DNA of 32,000 bases from Scandinavium sp. (GTDB lineage: Bacteria; Pseudomonadota; Gammaproteobacteria; Enterobacterales; Enterobacteriaceae). The stretch lies in the NCBI GenBank assembly GCA_036495715.1, contig DASXML010000051.1:38745-70744 (forward strand). The letters are read 5' to 3'. Shown one piece after another: positions 1 to 9,860 of this stretch. Under the pieces are notes generated by a model, which was given only the letters and a program-made list of their open reading frames with translations, made no database searches and had not been told where the DNA came from. Position 1 is the first letter of the stretch, and each line of letters opens with the position of its first letter. Position numbers and translations under genes: made by a program.

Positions 1-879
1 TTCACCGCAAAAGAATACTTGTCAGAAGATGAATTGTTTAACGCCGATTCAATGAAGACACTTATTGGCAAGCCGGTAGCCATGACCCCGCACCCAAAAG
101 GGGGGAAGGTTACCGCTAAAAACTTCCGTGCGCTCACTGTAGGCACGGTAATTGACGCCTTCAGGCGTGGCGATGACCTGATAGCCCGGTCACTCGTTCA
201 GGATGAAAACAGCATCAAGCTTGTTCTGAATGATAAATCACTGCGTGGGGCGTCTGCCGGTTATCAGTGTGACGATAAACCCAAAATAACCGGCACATCT
301 CAATGGGGCGATTACGACACGGTGCAGCGTGGAACGAAATATAACCACGTCATCATTTGTCGTAATCCACGTAACAGCCATGCGCGCTTTAATCTGGATG
401 AAATTATGGACCCTGAAAACATCAACGTTGATGAACTGAAAACGCAGGTCACAACATTAACCAAAAAGAGTGATGACCTTGAAAAAAAGGTCGGTTCTCT
501 TAACGGCGAATTACTGGCCGCAAACAAAAAAATTGTGAATCTGGACTCACTGAACAGTGAAGCCTACGAGCGCGGCCTGAAAGATGGCAAAAACCAGCAT
601 TTGCTTAACGAGCACGCCAAAAAGCTTGGCATCAATGTTGATAGCCTCGATCCAAAGCTGGTGAAAGTTGCCGTTATCAAGAAAGCCAGCCCGGAAATTA
701 ATACCGATTCATGGGATGACGCGCAAATTGATACCGCGCTTGAAATGGCGATGACCATCAAACCGGCGAAAGATTTCCCGCAGAATCCGCGCCGCCCGCA
801 GGTTAACAACGATGGCGATAACGGCGGCGATGTTGACAGCCATGACGACTATCAAAAACGCGCTTTCGGGGGCAAATAA
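1..879 (+). CDS. Phage head scaffolding/maturation protein (DUF2213-like), 5' partial
   Basis: The frame is open from nt 1, so the listed TTG at 19 is probably internal. A C-terminal coiled-coil-like stretch (ELKTQVTTLTKKSDDLEKKVGSLNGELLAANKKIVNLD) and the position just upstream of decoration and capsid genes fit a scaffold. The family name is from memory. Confidence 0.55.
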   Translation, partial: FTAKEYLSEDELFNADSMKTLIGKPVAMTPHPKGGKVTAKNFRALTVGTVIDAFRRGDDLIARSLVQDENSIKLVLNDKSLRGASAGYQCDDKPKITGTSQWGDYDTVQRGTKYNHVIICRNPRNSHARFNLDEIMDPENINVDELKTQVTTLTKKSDDLEKKVGSLNGELLAANKKIVNLDSLNSEAYERGLKDGKNQHLLNEHAKKLGINVDSLDPKLVKVAVIKKASPEINTDSWDDAQIDTALEMAMTIKPAKDFPQNPRRPQVNNDGDNGGDVDSHDDYQKRAFGGK

Positions 880-1667
880 TGCAGACTGAAATCAAAACAG
901 ATTATGACGCGGGCCTACCCGGTCAGCTTGCCGTGTTGCCATCGTTTAACAGCGCGGCAAAAGTGCGCTCCTGCCGTGCTGGTGGCCTGATTTATGCCGG
1001 TGATGCGCTGAAGCTTGGCAGCACTGACAACAGTGTTGTTGCGCTGGAAGATGGTGACACCGCCGACATGATTTGTGGTGTAGCCGTGCGCTCTCATTCC
1101 AACTTTGGCATGACGCCAACCCGCACGTATGGCGCAACCAGCGCTTATGCCGTGGACGCGAACAGCGCGCAGGGCTCTTGCGAAGATGGCCCGATTTACG
1201 TTGCGCTGAAATCAGGACAGGCACCGAAAAACGGCGACCTTGCAACCCCGATGGGGCGCAACGCTACCAGTAACGTTATGGAGTGGGGCGTACTGGCGGC
1301 GGACGGCGGGCAGACACGCGCGAAATTCATCACCAGCGCCTTAACGGGCGGTGTGGCCATTATTCAGATTACTGATGGCGCACTGCTGGGAAAGTATAAC
1401 GCGCCAGTTGTTAACGTGACTGGCGCGACCGTCGCCCCGACCACCGCCAGCATTGCGGCAGGTGCAACACAGCAGTTAACGGCAAGCGTTACGCCAGCCA
1501 ATGCGACCGATAAAACAGGCGCATGGAAAAGTAGCGATGTAACCAAAGCCACGGTTGATGCAGCAGGGCTGGTGACGGGCGTTGCAGCAGGAACGGCAAC
1601 AATCACATTTACGACAACGGACGGCGCGAAAACCGCCACTTGTGCCGTTACTGTTACGGGAAGTTGA
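879..1667 (+). CDS. Head decoration-like protein with a C-terminal bacterial Ig-like (Big_2) domain
   Basis: The start overlaps the previous stop (TAATG). The C-terminal ~80 aa (VTGATVAPTTASIAAGATQQLTASVTPANATDKTGAWKSSDVTKATVDAAGLVTGVAAGTATITFTTTDG) shows the typical Big_2 signature. Confidence 0.7.
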   Translation: MQTEIKTDYDAGLPGQLAVLPSFNSAAKVRSCRAGGLIYAGDALKLGSTDNSVVALEDGDTADMICGVAVRSHSNFGMTPTRTYGATSAYAVDANSAQGSCEDGPIYVALKSGQAPKNGDLATPMGRNATSNVMEWGVLAADGGQTRAKFITSALTGGVAIIQITDGALLGKYNAPVVNVTGATVAPTTASIAAGATQQLTASVTPANATDKTGAWKSSDVTKATVDAAGLVTGVAAGTATITFTTTDGAKTATCAVTVTGS

Positions 1668-1669
1668 GC

Positions 1670-2605
1670 ATGAAAAAGAATGAAATTACGCAGGTGATGC
1701 AGGCTTATTGCGCCAGCACGTTGCGCGCAAACGGCCAGGACGTCAACGTCGATGAGCAAGGCTTAATTTTTGCTGATGATGTGATTGCGGTATCAAAAAA
1801 GATTTATGAGAAGAAAATGCCCGCGCCGCAAGCGCTGTCACTTTTTCCTCAAGAGCCTGATGTCACTGACGCCGATGAATGGTTTGAATACCGCATGTAT
1901 GACGCACAGGGCATGGCAAAAATCATGGCCGCGTATGGTACTGACATGCCAATGATGACCGTGAAGGGCGAAGCCTTCATTGCGAAAATGTATACCGTGG
2001 GCCTTGGCTATGGCTGGACGTACAAAGAAATGCTTCAGTCAGCTAAAAAAGGTATTCCGCTCAAGCAGATTGAAGGCACCAGTTGCCGCAAAATCCATGA
2101 GCGCACCGTCAGTAATATCCTTTGGAAAGGTAACGACGAATATAAAATCGTCGGCTTTTCCAATCACCCGAACATCCCGGAAGTGGCTGTTGCGGGCGGG
2201 TGGGGTAGCGCGGACGGTGACGCCATTGTTGATGACGTTGCCGCGAATATTTCCGCAGTGAACGGCACTTCAATCTTTGACGTCAATAAGTACCAGATGC
2301 CGTCAAAAGCCTGGACGATTGCGCAAAGTAAGCGCCTGAGCGCAACCGCTGACACTGTGCTGTCATTCCTGAAGAAGGCATTCCCTGAAGTTACCTTCAG
2401 CAAAAACCCGGATTTGGACGCGGACGGAATTTGCATGGCGATTGACATGAATGAAGAAAACTTCAGCCAGGCAACACCAGTGCTTTTCCGTCAGTTAGCC
2501 CCGCAACCGGTCGGCATTGATATTTCCGTGCCGTGTATTTCCATGACCTGTGGCGTGATTGTTCGTCAGCCGCTGGCCGCTGCAAAAACAACGAAAGTGG
2601 TGTAA
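1670..2605 (+). CDS. Major capsid protein (HK97-fold, DUF2184-type by recollection)
   Basis: ATG at 1670 lies 3 nt after the previous stop, whereas the ORF-track start at 1640 overlaps the upstream gene. The 311-aa size and the position after scaffold and decoration genes fit a capsid protein. Confidence 0.65.
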   Translation: MKKNEITQVMQAYCASTLRANGQDVNVDEQGLIFADDVIAVSKKIYEKKMPAPQALSLFPQEPDVTDADEWFEYRMYDAQGMAKIMAAYGTDMPMMTVKGEAFIAKMYTVGLGYGWTYKEMLQSAKKGIPLKQIEGTSCRKIHERTVSNILWKGNDEYKIVGFSNHPNIPEVAVAGGWGSADGDAIVDDVAANISAVNGTSIFDVNKYQMPSKAWTIAQSKRLSATADTVLSFLKKAFPEVTFSKNPDLDADGICMAIDMNEENFSQATPVLFRQLAPQPVGIDISVPCISMTCGVIVRQPLAAAKTTKVV

Positions 2606-2608
2606 CCG

Positions 2609-2935
2609 ATGACCGCAAAAAACAACCAGACCCAAAGCAACCAGACCGCCACCGAACAGACGACAGGCCAGCCGGTATGGCTGGCCAACAAAACGCAACG
2701 CCCAATTCATATTATGCAGCGTGGCAAGGATGCTGAGGGTAATAACCTCGACAATATCCGTCTTTCCACCATGGGTGCGGTGAAGGTGGCAGAAGCAACG
2801 CTCAAGCTTTCTGGCGTGCAGCAGCTTTTGAAAAAGGGCTCATTGGTCAAAGTCAGTGCCGCAGAGGCCAAAAAGCTTAACAAAGAGCATGACGACACCG
2901 TCAGCGCGGAAGATGACGACGAAAGCGAGGAATAA
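2609..2935 (+). CDS. Hypothetical head-module protein with an acidic C-terminus
   Basis: Tightly packed in the operon, 3 nt after the capsid stop. The C-terminal tail is DDTVSAEDDDESEE. Confidence 0.6.
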   Translation: MTAKNNQTQSNQTATEQTTGQPVWLANKTQRPIHIMQRGKDAEGNNLDNIRLSTMGAVKVAEATLKLSGVQQLLKKGSLVKVSAAEAKKLNKEHDDTVSAEDDDESEE

Positions 2936-2940
2936 AGCCC

Positions 2941-3309
2941 GTGACAACTGTTGAAGGCTGGCTTGCCATCCTTTTACCGGGTTACACAGTTGATGAGGGC
3001 GCTATTAGCGCCCTTTCTTCATTGTGTGCGCGGGTCTACGACCTGCAAGCGGCGGTAGATGATGGCTATGAAGAAACATACTTACTGGCGCTGTATATCG
3101 CGGCCAATCAGGTTTACGCGATTGAAGGCAGTAGCGGCAGCATCAGGCCCGTCACCAGTAAAAAAGAGGGCAAAGTGTCCGTTTCATACGGCACAGACAA
3201 GGGCGGAGCCACACAGGGTGGATGGAAAGGCACCACGTTTGGCCAGGAGTTTTTAGACATCATGCGCATCAGTCGCGGTGGGGCAATGCTGTTGGGTAGT
3301 GCGTCATGA
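2941..3309 (+). CDS. Head-tail connector/adaptor-like protein
   Basis: GTG start with GAGG upstream. Function is inferred from position between the capsid and neck genes. Confidence 0.5.
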   Translation: MTTVEGWLAILLPGYTVDEGAISALSSLCARVYDLQAAVDDGYEETYLLALYIAANQVYAIEGSSGSIRPVTSKKEGKVSVSYGTDKGGATQGGWKGTTFGQEFLDIMRISRGGAMLLGSAS

Positions 3310-3782
3310 AAGGCGGGGCGCAGTTTAACACGATGGGCTTTGACAGGGTCATACGTAAGAACATCAGCGCCCTTGCCGGGATAAAGTTGAAGGTCGGCAT
3401 TCAGAAGGGTGCAAAAGCCACTGGCGGTGGTCTTATCGCGCCCTATGCGGCAGATAACAACTTTGGCACCAAAACCAAACAGGGCAAGACAAGAATACAG
3501 GCGCGCCCGTTTATGACCTATTCAGCAGACCGCATGGCGGACTGGCTTGAAACCGCCGCATTTTATGAAGTGGTCAACGACGTTATCACCGGCAAGATAA
3601 CCGCAGATATGGCCGCAACGCGTATCGGCACAAAAGCGGTTGATATTACGCGGCGCACTATCCGTGACTCGGCGCTGTATAAACCAAACGCCGCAAGCAC
3701 CATCGCCCGCAAAGGTCACGCCAGACCACTTCAGGACTCAATGTCTATGTTCCGTAACGTTAAATTTATCAGGGTGATGTAA
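3306..3782 (+). CDS. Head-tail joining protein (HK97 gp10-like by position and N-terminal pattern)
   Basis: ATGA overlap with the upstream gene. The 158-aa size is typical for neck proteins. Confidence 0.5.
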   Translation: MKGGAQFNTMGFDRVIRKNISALAGIKLKVGIQKGAKATGGGLIAPYAADNNFGTKTKQGKTRIQARPFMTYSADRMADWLETAAFYEVVNDVITGKITADMAATRIGTKAVDITRRTIRDSALYKPNAASTIARKGHARPLQDSMSMFRNVKFIRVM

Positions 3783-4132
3783 TGCGCCGACAGGTTCAGA
3801 TTATGCAGCCCGCAAAGGGTGAGCTGGTGGCCGGGGTGTATCGGCAGAGCCACGGGAAGCCAGTATTGGCCATGTTGAGCATGCAGCCCGCCAACGGCGG
3901 TGGCACGTTCAAGGAATACTTAACGGGTAGAAAAGTATCCGATTACATGGAGGCTATCGGGGAAATAGATCTCAAATCAACAGAGGAAGGCGAGCACAAC
4001 GGTGCGTTAGTCATTTGTGGCGGCAAAACGTATGAAGTGGTTGACCGGCTTGAATGGCTTAACGGCGTCATCAACCATTATGAATACCTGCTTTACAGCA
4101 CCAACACGGAAAAAGCGAAGGTGAGCGGATGA
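3782..4132 (+). CDS. Hypothetical neck/tail-completion protein
   Basis: TAATG overlap upstream and ATGA overlap downstream. Confidence 0.5.
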   Translation: MRRQVQIMQPAKGELVAGVYRQSHGKPVLAMLSMQPANGGGTFKEYLTGRKVSDYMEAIGEIDLKSTEEGEHNGALVICGGKTYEVVDRLEWLNGVINHYEYLLYSTNTEKAKVSG

Positions 4133-4911
4133 ACGAGTCACCAGTTAACCTGCTTACCGTTGATGGGGTAATAAAATACCCGTCATACCGGGCAGAGGAA
4201 GCGGCGTTTGACGAGCGCGGCAACGTCAATGAAATAGTGTTCACTGCCTATGATGACAACGACCCGCAGCAACTAACGGGCGTATCGTTCACGCTGGATG
4301 GCGCACCCGTCACCGTGGCAATTGATGTGCTGGTCACGGTCGGCACCGTCGTTAAGTTCAATCCCGGCACACTGACGGCCACCACGGCAACGCCTGAAGT
4401 GTTACGCGGTGCGCCGTATTTTGCCGCCGTGCGCGCCCGTCAAATGCTTGTCGAGTTAATGGGAACGACTGACGCCGCCTATGCGCTGCAAAGCATGCCA
4501 GAGCCAAAAGCTAATTTCGCCATTGCGCACGTTACCAGCCATTCAACCAGCCCGTCAGAAATAGACAGCGACTTTGACGAGCACGGGCGCTGGTATGACT
4601 TTAACGCCTGGGCAGAAATCACCATCTACCGCAGCAGCACCACGGCCATTCAGTATCTTCACGACCTGCTAACCATTCTGGAAACCCGGCGCGGCTATTA
4701 CTGGCAGTTTGACCGGGGTTTTGATTTAGTCAGGTCGCAAGAAGTGTCTAACGGCTCGCCCCTTATTAATAATCTCGGCTACCAGCAACAAGCAGAGGTT
4801 GCCATGACGTTTTCGTTTGTTTATCGCCACTACGAGCAGGAAGGCTGGATTGCCCGTGCGGTGGTAGGTGACGACATGGCGCACGTTGATTTAATTCGAG
4901 AAGGGGAATAG
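4129..4911 (+). CDS. Hypothetical virion structural-module protein (260 aa)
   Basis: Translationally coupled and sits immediately upstream of the sheath-like gene. Confidence 0.5.
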   Translation: MNESPVNLLTVDGVIKYPSYRAEEAAFDERGNVNEIVFTAYDDNDPQQLTGVSFTLDGAPVTVAIDVLVTVGTVVKFNPGTLTATTATPEVLRGAPYFAAVRARQMLVELMGTTDAAYALQSMPEPKANFAIAHVTSHSTSPSEIDSDFDEHGRWYDFNAWAEITIYRSSTTAIQYLHDLLTILETRRGYYWQFDRGFDLVRSQEVSNGSPLINNLGYQQQAEVAMTFSFVYRHYEQEGWIARAVVGDDMAHVDLIREGE

Positions 4912-4913
4912 AC

Positions 4914-6272
4914 ATGGCAGACTTGCGCCGCCTGTTTAATATCAGCATCACCCGGCAGACCAAAGCCGCCGCCTATGGCGTTTTTGGTGTCGGGCTGGGG
5001 CTTTCGCCCGCGCCGGGCTTTTATGGCGTAACCGCAGAAAATTTCGAAAGCATCACCATTGATGATGTTTCAAAGTCGGTGAAGGTTTACACGATGTATG
5101 ACGACGTCATTGACGATGGCGTCAAAGGTGCCGCACTGAAGGCCGCTAACGCTTATTTTGCGCAGTCGCCAACACCTGACACGCTGGTCATGGCGGATAT
5201 TTCCGGGGCGTTCTCGGCGGTGGCCATCGTGATTAATAACGATGATACCGGCATCGCTGAGGTCAAAGCCGCTGTTGCGTTTGTGGACGGTAACGACGTG
5301 GTCAACGCCACCTTTGATGGCACGGCGTGGGTTGGTACGGGCGCAGACAAAATCACCGCCGATGAAAACAACCCCGACTTGTACCGCATTGCCGGGCGTA
5401 TTGTATTTGTCACGGGTGCGGATGTGTCGGTTGGTTATTCCACGGTTAAAGCCGATTCATTCACCGACGTTATCACCGATATTCGCCATCAAAATGATAA
5501 CTGGTTTATGTCGTTTACCACGTCGCGTGATCCAGTTTTGTTGACTCAAATTGCAGACTGGACAGAAGCCCAAACAAACAAAATGGCCAACTTTGTTGAC
5601 GACGGCGGCGCGGTCTATAGCTCTGACCCTAAATGGCCGCTTGGCGGCATCACGCAATATCTTTTTGATAAAGAGTGCGCGGGTAGTTTTGCGACCACAA
5701 CGCGCGTTGAGTCAAATTATCTGGATGCGGCACTTGCCGGGCGCTGCCTGACTATGCAACCCGGTACAGAAACATGGGCGCTCAAGACGCTTTCAGGCGT
5801 GGTGGCGGATAACTTCACCGAAACGGATTACCAGACCATTACGGCCATTAACGGCAATACGTTTGAAGATTACGGGTCGGGCGTCACTGTCAGTTATCCC
5901 GGCACCGTGGGTGATGGCGAGGCAATCGAGGTTGTGCGGTTCTGTTACTGGTTATCCGATTACATGCAAAAAAATCTGGCCACGATGACCATTAACCAGA
6001 AAAAGCTTAACTATGGCCCAACGGGCATTGAGCTTGTATGTAAAAACATGGAATCCAGCCTTAAAACCGGGCAGGACAATCAGGGCATTTTGCCTGATTT
6101 CACCAATGGTGATGAGTACGTGCGCGGCTTCACTGTCACGCGTCCTACCATGAGTCAAATCACCGCCGCACAGCAAATTAAGGGTAATTTGCAGGTAGCT
6201 TTCAAATTCTATCTACAGTACGCCATCAAGCACGTTGACGGCATCGGTACTGCTATGACGTGGGGAATGTAA
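4914..6272 (+). CDS. Tail sheath-like protein (DUF3383-type by recollection)
   Basis: A 452-aa ORF followed by a ~140-aa tube-like ORF, a chaperone with frameshift and a tape measure. This is the canonical contractile-tail gene order. Confidence 0.55.
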   Translation: MADLRRLFNISITRQTKAAAYGVFGVGLGLSPAPGFYGVTAENFESITIDDVSKSVKVYTMYDDVIDDGVKGAALKAANAYFAQSPTPDTLVMADISGAFSAVAIVINNDDTGIAEVKAAVAFVDGNDVVNATFDGTAWVGTGADKITADENNPDLYRIAGRIVFVTGADVSVGYSTVKADSFTDVITDIRHQNDNWFMSFTTSRDPVLLTQIADWTEAQTNKMANFVDDGGAVYSSDPKWPLGGITQYLFDKECAGSFATTTRVESNYLDAALAGRCLTMQPGTETWALKTLSGVVADNFTETDYQTITAINGNTFEDYGSGVTVSYPGTVGDGEAIEVVRFCYWLSDYMQKNLATMTINQKKLNYGPTGIELVCKNMESSLKTGQDNQGILPDFTNGDEYVRGFTVTRPTMSQITAAQQIKGNLQVAFKFYLQYAIKHVDGIGTAMTWGM

Positions 6273-6274
6273 CT

Positions 6275-6688
6275 ATGGGTTCTTATCTGGGTAGCCAAAA
6301 CCCCAAAGACTGGATTTTAACCGTTGGTGCGTTGCCTGTTGTGGGCTTTGCGAAAGACAGCAACATCGAGCTTGAGTTACGGGAAGATGCCGTTGATGCA
6401 GATGTCGGCATCCAGGGTGACTGGACGTTTGTTGAGAAGAATGACGGCTCATCGACGGTTAAGTTTACGTTGTACCGCAATTCATCATCAAACGCCGCTT
6501 TGCATGCGTACCTCAAAACACGGGCGGTGGTTCCGACAACACTGACCAACATCCGCAACGGCACTGTCCATGCGCTGCCTTATTCAGCTATTCAGAAGCA
6601 GCCCAAAGACGGCAATAACGGCGGCTCAAACGCAAATACACTGGAATGGACAGTCATTGCCGGTGAAACGGATTCCACCATCATTTAA
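6275..6688 (+). CDS. Tail tube-like protein (DUF3277-type by recollection)
   Basis: ATG at 6275 lies 3 nt after the sheath stop (TAA 6270-6272), with GGGGA upstream. The listed GTG at 6260 overlaps the sheath gene. Confidence 0.55.
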   Translation: MGSYLGSQNPKDWILTVGALPVVGFAKDSNIELELREDAVDADVGIQGDWTFVEKNDGSSTVKFTLYRNSSSNAALHAYLKTRAVVPTTLTNIRNGTVHALPYSAIQKQPKDGNNGGSNANTLEWTVIAGETDSTII

Positions 6689-6697
6689 GGCGGTAAA

Positions 6698-7198
6698 ATG
6701 TCATCATCACCGGCAGTATTTAAGGAAGTCAGCATTGGTGAGCGAAAATTCACCATTGTCAAAATGTCCGCATTTGACGCGATTCACTTCAAATTGCGCA
6801 TTATGGAGCTTATCGCAAAGCATGGGATTAACACGTCAGGCTCAATGATGGAAGCCGCCGGGCGTGCCTTCACATTGTTAAACCGTGAAGACCATGACGA
6901 AATGCTGTTAACCCTGTTGCAACAGTCGCGCGTACAGTGCATGACTAATGAAATGATGTTGGACGACTGGGGCGCGCTTGATGCCACTTTCGGCGTGGAC
7001 AGCATCGCGGATGTTTACCTTGTTGCGCTTGAGTGCGTTAAATTCTCAATCGCGCCGGTAGCAGAAGGGTTAAAAAAAAATATTGGTCTGGACATCAGTC
7101 TCAATCAGAGTCTTCAGAGCGCCGTCAGGGGATTATTGAGCGACTTGCTGAAGGGCTTGACCCCGCCGTCAGAGCAGAAGTCACAATCTGGCGAGTAA
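6698..7198 (+). CDS. Tail assembly chaperone (G-like, zero-frame product)
   Basis: Position between the tube and tape-measure genes. It contains the slippery A-run at 7072-7080. Confidence 0.7.
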   Translation: MSSSPAVFKEVSIGERKFTIVKMSAFDAIHFKLRIMELIAKHGINTSGSMMEAAGRAFTLLNREDHDEMLLTLLQQSRVQCMTNEMMLDDWGALDATFGVDSIADVYLVALECVKFSIAPVAEGLKKNIGLDISLNQSLQSAVRGLLSDLLKGLTPPSEQKSQSGE

Positions 7199-7338
7199 TA
7201 CAATCGGGCCTGATTTCGTTTGACGATGTCAAAACGGGTCGGGCCTCCTTTGATGACATCATGCGCGCCGCCGCAATCCTCCAGTATGACTCCGCAGTCT
7301 CCGCCGCTATATCAGAAGCCGAGAAACCAAAAAAATGA
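6698..7338 (+). CDS. Tail assembly chaperone, -1 frameshifted extension product (GT-like, about 213 aa)
   Basis: My hand translation shows the -1 frame open from 7078 to TGA 7336-7338. The sequence is KYWSGHQSQSESSERRQGIIERLAEGLDPAVRAEVTIWRVIQSGLISFDDVKTGRASFDDIMRAAAILQYDSAVSAAISEAEKPKK. Its stop overlaps the tape-measure ATG (ATGA at 7335-7338). Confidence 0.6.
7072..7078 (+). promoter_or_regulatory. Programmed -1 frameshift slippery heptamer A AAA AAA, within a 9-A run at 7072-7080
   Basis: The zero-frame reading is GGG TTA AAA AAA AAT. It fits the X XXY YYZ pattern and the -1 frame downstream is open for 86 codons. Confidence 0.6.
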
Positions 7339-9296
7339 CCGAACAAACCAAAGAGCTTGTCACAAAGGTAGACGTGCAGCCCGATCTTGCCGGGCTGTTA
7401 GCCTTTGAGGCTGAATTAGACCGCGCCATTGGTAAAGTTAACCAGCTTGACGCCGCGATAAAACGCACAAATGAACTGAAGCCAAAAGGGCGTTTTGCAC
7501 CGCCTGTGAACAATCCCAGCGCAACCGTCGCCGCCGCTGGTCTTGCCGCCGGGCTTGGCGCTAATCTCGTTAACCGTGGCGCGCTGGCACCGCTGGTACG
7601 TAAGGCGTCAGAGGATGTGGCAAAGAATGCCGCGAAAACCGCCGCAACGGGCGTCAATATGGCCATTGAGGGCATGCGCGGGCGCATTGGTGGCGGTGGT
7701 GGACTTCTTGGCATTGCAGGGCCGCGCAGTGCGGGTGGTGGCGGTGGCACACTGGCGACACGTCCGGGGCCGTTTGATGGCATGAATTTTTCCCGCAGTA
7801 ATTTTGATGGCACACCATTAGACGGGAAGAAAGCCGCCGCAGCCAAAGCGGCCAGAGCACCCGGCAGCGGCTTTAAAATGCCTGACATGATGGCGGGTGC
7901 GGCGTCGGCGTATGCGTTAAGCGCAGGGCTTGACGCAATAGCGCACAGCCTCGACCGCGTACAATCCGCAGAGGCACAATTAGCCAGGCTACCGCAAACC
8001 ATCGGCAGCAGCAAAGACGCCTTCATTGAGTTAACCAACGCTGCAACGCAGGTGCGCGGCGACGGTGACGCATTCATCAGCACATACACCAACATGGCCA
8101 CCGCAACGGAAAAGCTAGGGTTAAGCCAGGCGGAAACCATCAAAGCCACGCAAGGGCTTGTGAGCTCGTTACAGTTGGGTGGAGGCAGCAAAGAGGCGGT
8201 CACAAACGCGCTGTATCAAATGGGGCAGGCGTTTTCGTCTAACCGGTTCGGCGGCGATGAGTTCCGCTCATTCATGGAGGCCATCGGCACTATGGCACCA
8301 GAGGTGGCCAAAGCGTTTGGCACGGACGTTGCCGGGTTGCGTCAGATGTCGGAGCAGGGAAAGTTAACCGCAGAAACCATGACCAAAGCTTTTGAAACCA
8401 TGGCAGATAAAAACATGGATTTGCTTAAAAAACAGGGCTGGACGTGGGGGCAGGTCACAACGGTCATGGGCAATGATTGGGGTACCTTTATCGCCACGGC
8501 CACGGAAAATGGCGAATGGTCGCACCTGATGTCATGGATAGCCACCAACGTTACACCCGTTTTCAAAACAGCAGAGCAAGCCGTTGCGGGATTCTGGAAC
8601 ACGACAACGGATGAAAGCAAGGCCAGCATATTGATTGGTATTCTGGCATCCATAGGCGCAGCGTTTGCGGCGCTGGCAATTCCTGTTCTGGCGGCGACGT
8701 GGCCATTTCTGGCCGTTGGCGCGGCGGTGTTCCTGCTGTATGAACTTTTCCAGGAGTTTCAACACTGGATGGACGGAAGCGCGAAGACGATTTTTGACAA
8801 TTTGTTTGGATCGTTCGATGAGTTCGAAAAACGTTACCCGGCTATTGTGAAGGGGTTGAAAGCGCTGATTAATGCCACTGGTGGTGCGGCAAGTGCCGTG
8901 AATGACGCGTCAGGGGGAGCCATTACAAATGGCAGTGTTTTAGGTGACTTGAGTCGGCATCTACCTGTCATCGGCCCACTGATTAACAGTTGGAAGTCTT
9001 TAAAAGATGTCAATGATGTCTCTGGCGGTAAGTTAAATCCTTTGGATGGGCTTGAGGGGCTTTTCAGCCTCTTCGTTGGCGATGACAAGCCAGCGTCTGG
9101 CTTGAATGGGTTAACGCCTCCATCGGTGGCGAATGGCTCACAGACAACCATCTCTAACACCAATAGTGGGAACACAACAATACAGGTTGCAACGCCTGAA
9201 GATGCCGCGACCGTGGCAAATGCGCGCGACAAAACGTTTGTTAATCATATGGGTAATGACCTCGGGAATATGGCAGAGGGCGGCGGATACCTGTAG
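7335..9296 (+). CDS. Tail tape measure protein
   Basis: 653 aa, Ala/Gly-rich helical repeats, Gly runs (GGGGGLLGIAGPRSAGGGGG) and a hydrophobic segment (ILIGILASIGAAFAALAIPVLAATWPFLAVGAAVFLLY). It follows the chaperone frameshift site. Confidence 0.85.
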   Translation: MTEQTKELVTKVDVQPDLAGLLAFEAELDRAIGKVNQLDAAIKRTNELKPKGRFAPPVNNPSATVAAAGLAAGLGANLVNRGALAPLVRKASEDVAKNAAKTAATGVNMAIEGMRGRIGGGGGLLGIAGPRSAGGGGGTLATRPGPFDGMNFSRSNFDGTPLDGKKAAAAKAARAPGSGFKMPDMMAGAASAYALSAGLDAIAHSLDRVQSAEAQLARLPQTIGSSKDAFIELTNAATQVRGDGDAFISTYTNMATATEKLGLSQAETIKATQGLVSSLQLGGGSKEAVTNALYQMGQAFSSNRFGGDEFRSFMEAIGTMAPEVAKAFGTDVAGLRQMSEQGKLTAETMTKAFETMADKNMDLLKKQGWTWGQVTTVMGNDWGTFIATATENGEWSHLMSWIATNVTPVFKTAEQAVAGFWNTTTDESKASILIGILASIGAAFAALAIPVLAATWPFLAVGAAVFLLYELFQEFQHWMDGSAKTIFDNLFGSFDEFEKRYPAIVKGLKALINATGGAASAVNDASGGAITNGSVLGDLSRHLPVIGPLINSWKSLKDVNDVSGGKLNPLDGLEGLFSLFVGDDKPASGLNGLTPPSVANGSQTTISNTNSGNTTIQVATPEDAATVANARDKTFVNHMGNDLGNMAEGGGYL

Positions 9297-9337
9297 AATT
9301 GCGACGTTACTACATACACACGCAAGGAAAAAACAAG

Positions 9338-9454
9338 ATGGAATTGACCAGGTTACAAAAATATTTTCTGTGCCCTTTGGCAAGCGTCGCGTTGACGGCG
9401 GCTTTGTACCTTCAGATTGAATACTTATCCGGTTTGGTGAAATCGTTTTTGTAA
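9338..9454 (+). CDS. Possible 38-aa hydrophobic peptide (MELTRLQKYFLCPLASVALTAALYLQIEYLSGLVKSFL)
   Basis: Hand-found ORF below the track cutoff. AAGGA lies upstream, and the ORF sits in the AT-rich insert just before the membrane-protein gene. Confidence 0.3.
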   Translation: MELTRLQKYFLCPLASVALTAALYLQIEYLSGLVKSFL

Positions 9455-9466
9455 AGGATTAAAAAC

Positions 9467-9838
9467 ATGAGAATTTTAACGTTAGATGACATGATTACCC
9501 CAAAGATTTTGACCAGTCTTTATATTTTCACCACGCTAGTTGCGTTTGTTGCTTTGGTCTTCACATTGTCAGTGGGGCATTACACGGGTTCAATTATACT
9601 CGCTGTGGTCATTGTGTTTAATCGCGTTTTTTTTGAGTGCATCATTGTTGTTTTTAAAAATAATGAACATCTTAAAAATAGTGCTGAATATTTGCGATAC
9701 ATCGCAAACACCATGGCCAACAACTATGATGAAGAACATATTGCAGCAGCCCGGAAGGCCAAAGAGTCGCAGCAATTCGAAAATGACGCAGACTTTAGCA
9801 CTGACAGCAAAGAAGACACCCCACAAGACAAACAATAA
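9467..9838 (+). CDS. Small two-TM membrane protein (DUF4282-like by recollection); a moron within the tail module
   Basis: Visibly AT-rich relative to its neighbours. It has its own AAGGA RBS, two hydrophobic helices, an acidic tail and its own terminator. Confidence 0.7.
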   Translation: MRILTLDDMITPKILTSLYIFTTLVAFVALVFTLSVGHYTGSIILAVVIVFNRVFFECIIVVFKNNEHLKNSAEYLRYIANTMANNYDEEHIAAARKAKESQQFENDADFSTDSKEDTPQDKQ

Positions 9839-9860
9839 TAAAGATACAGCGCCCGGCATA

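Noticed and set aside
7307-8203. 298-aa minus-strand ORF antisense to the tape measure gene
   Set aside because: It is a low-complexity Ala/Pro/Ser-rich translation typical of the antisense frame of a GC-rich Ala/Gly-rich gene. It has no RBS context and is fully nested in a well-supported gene.
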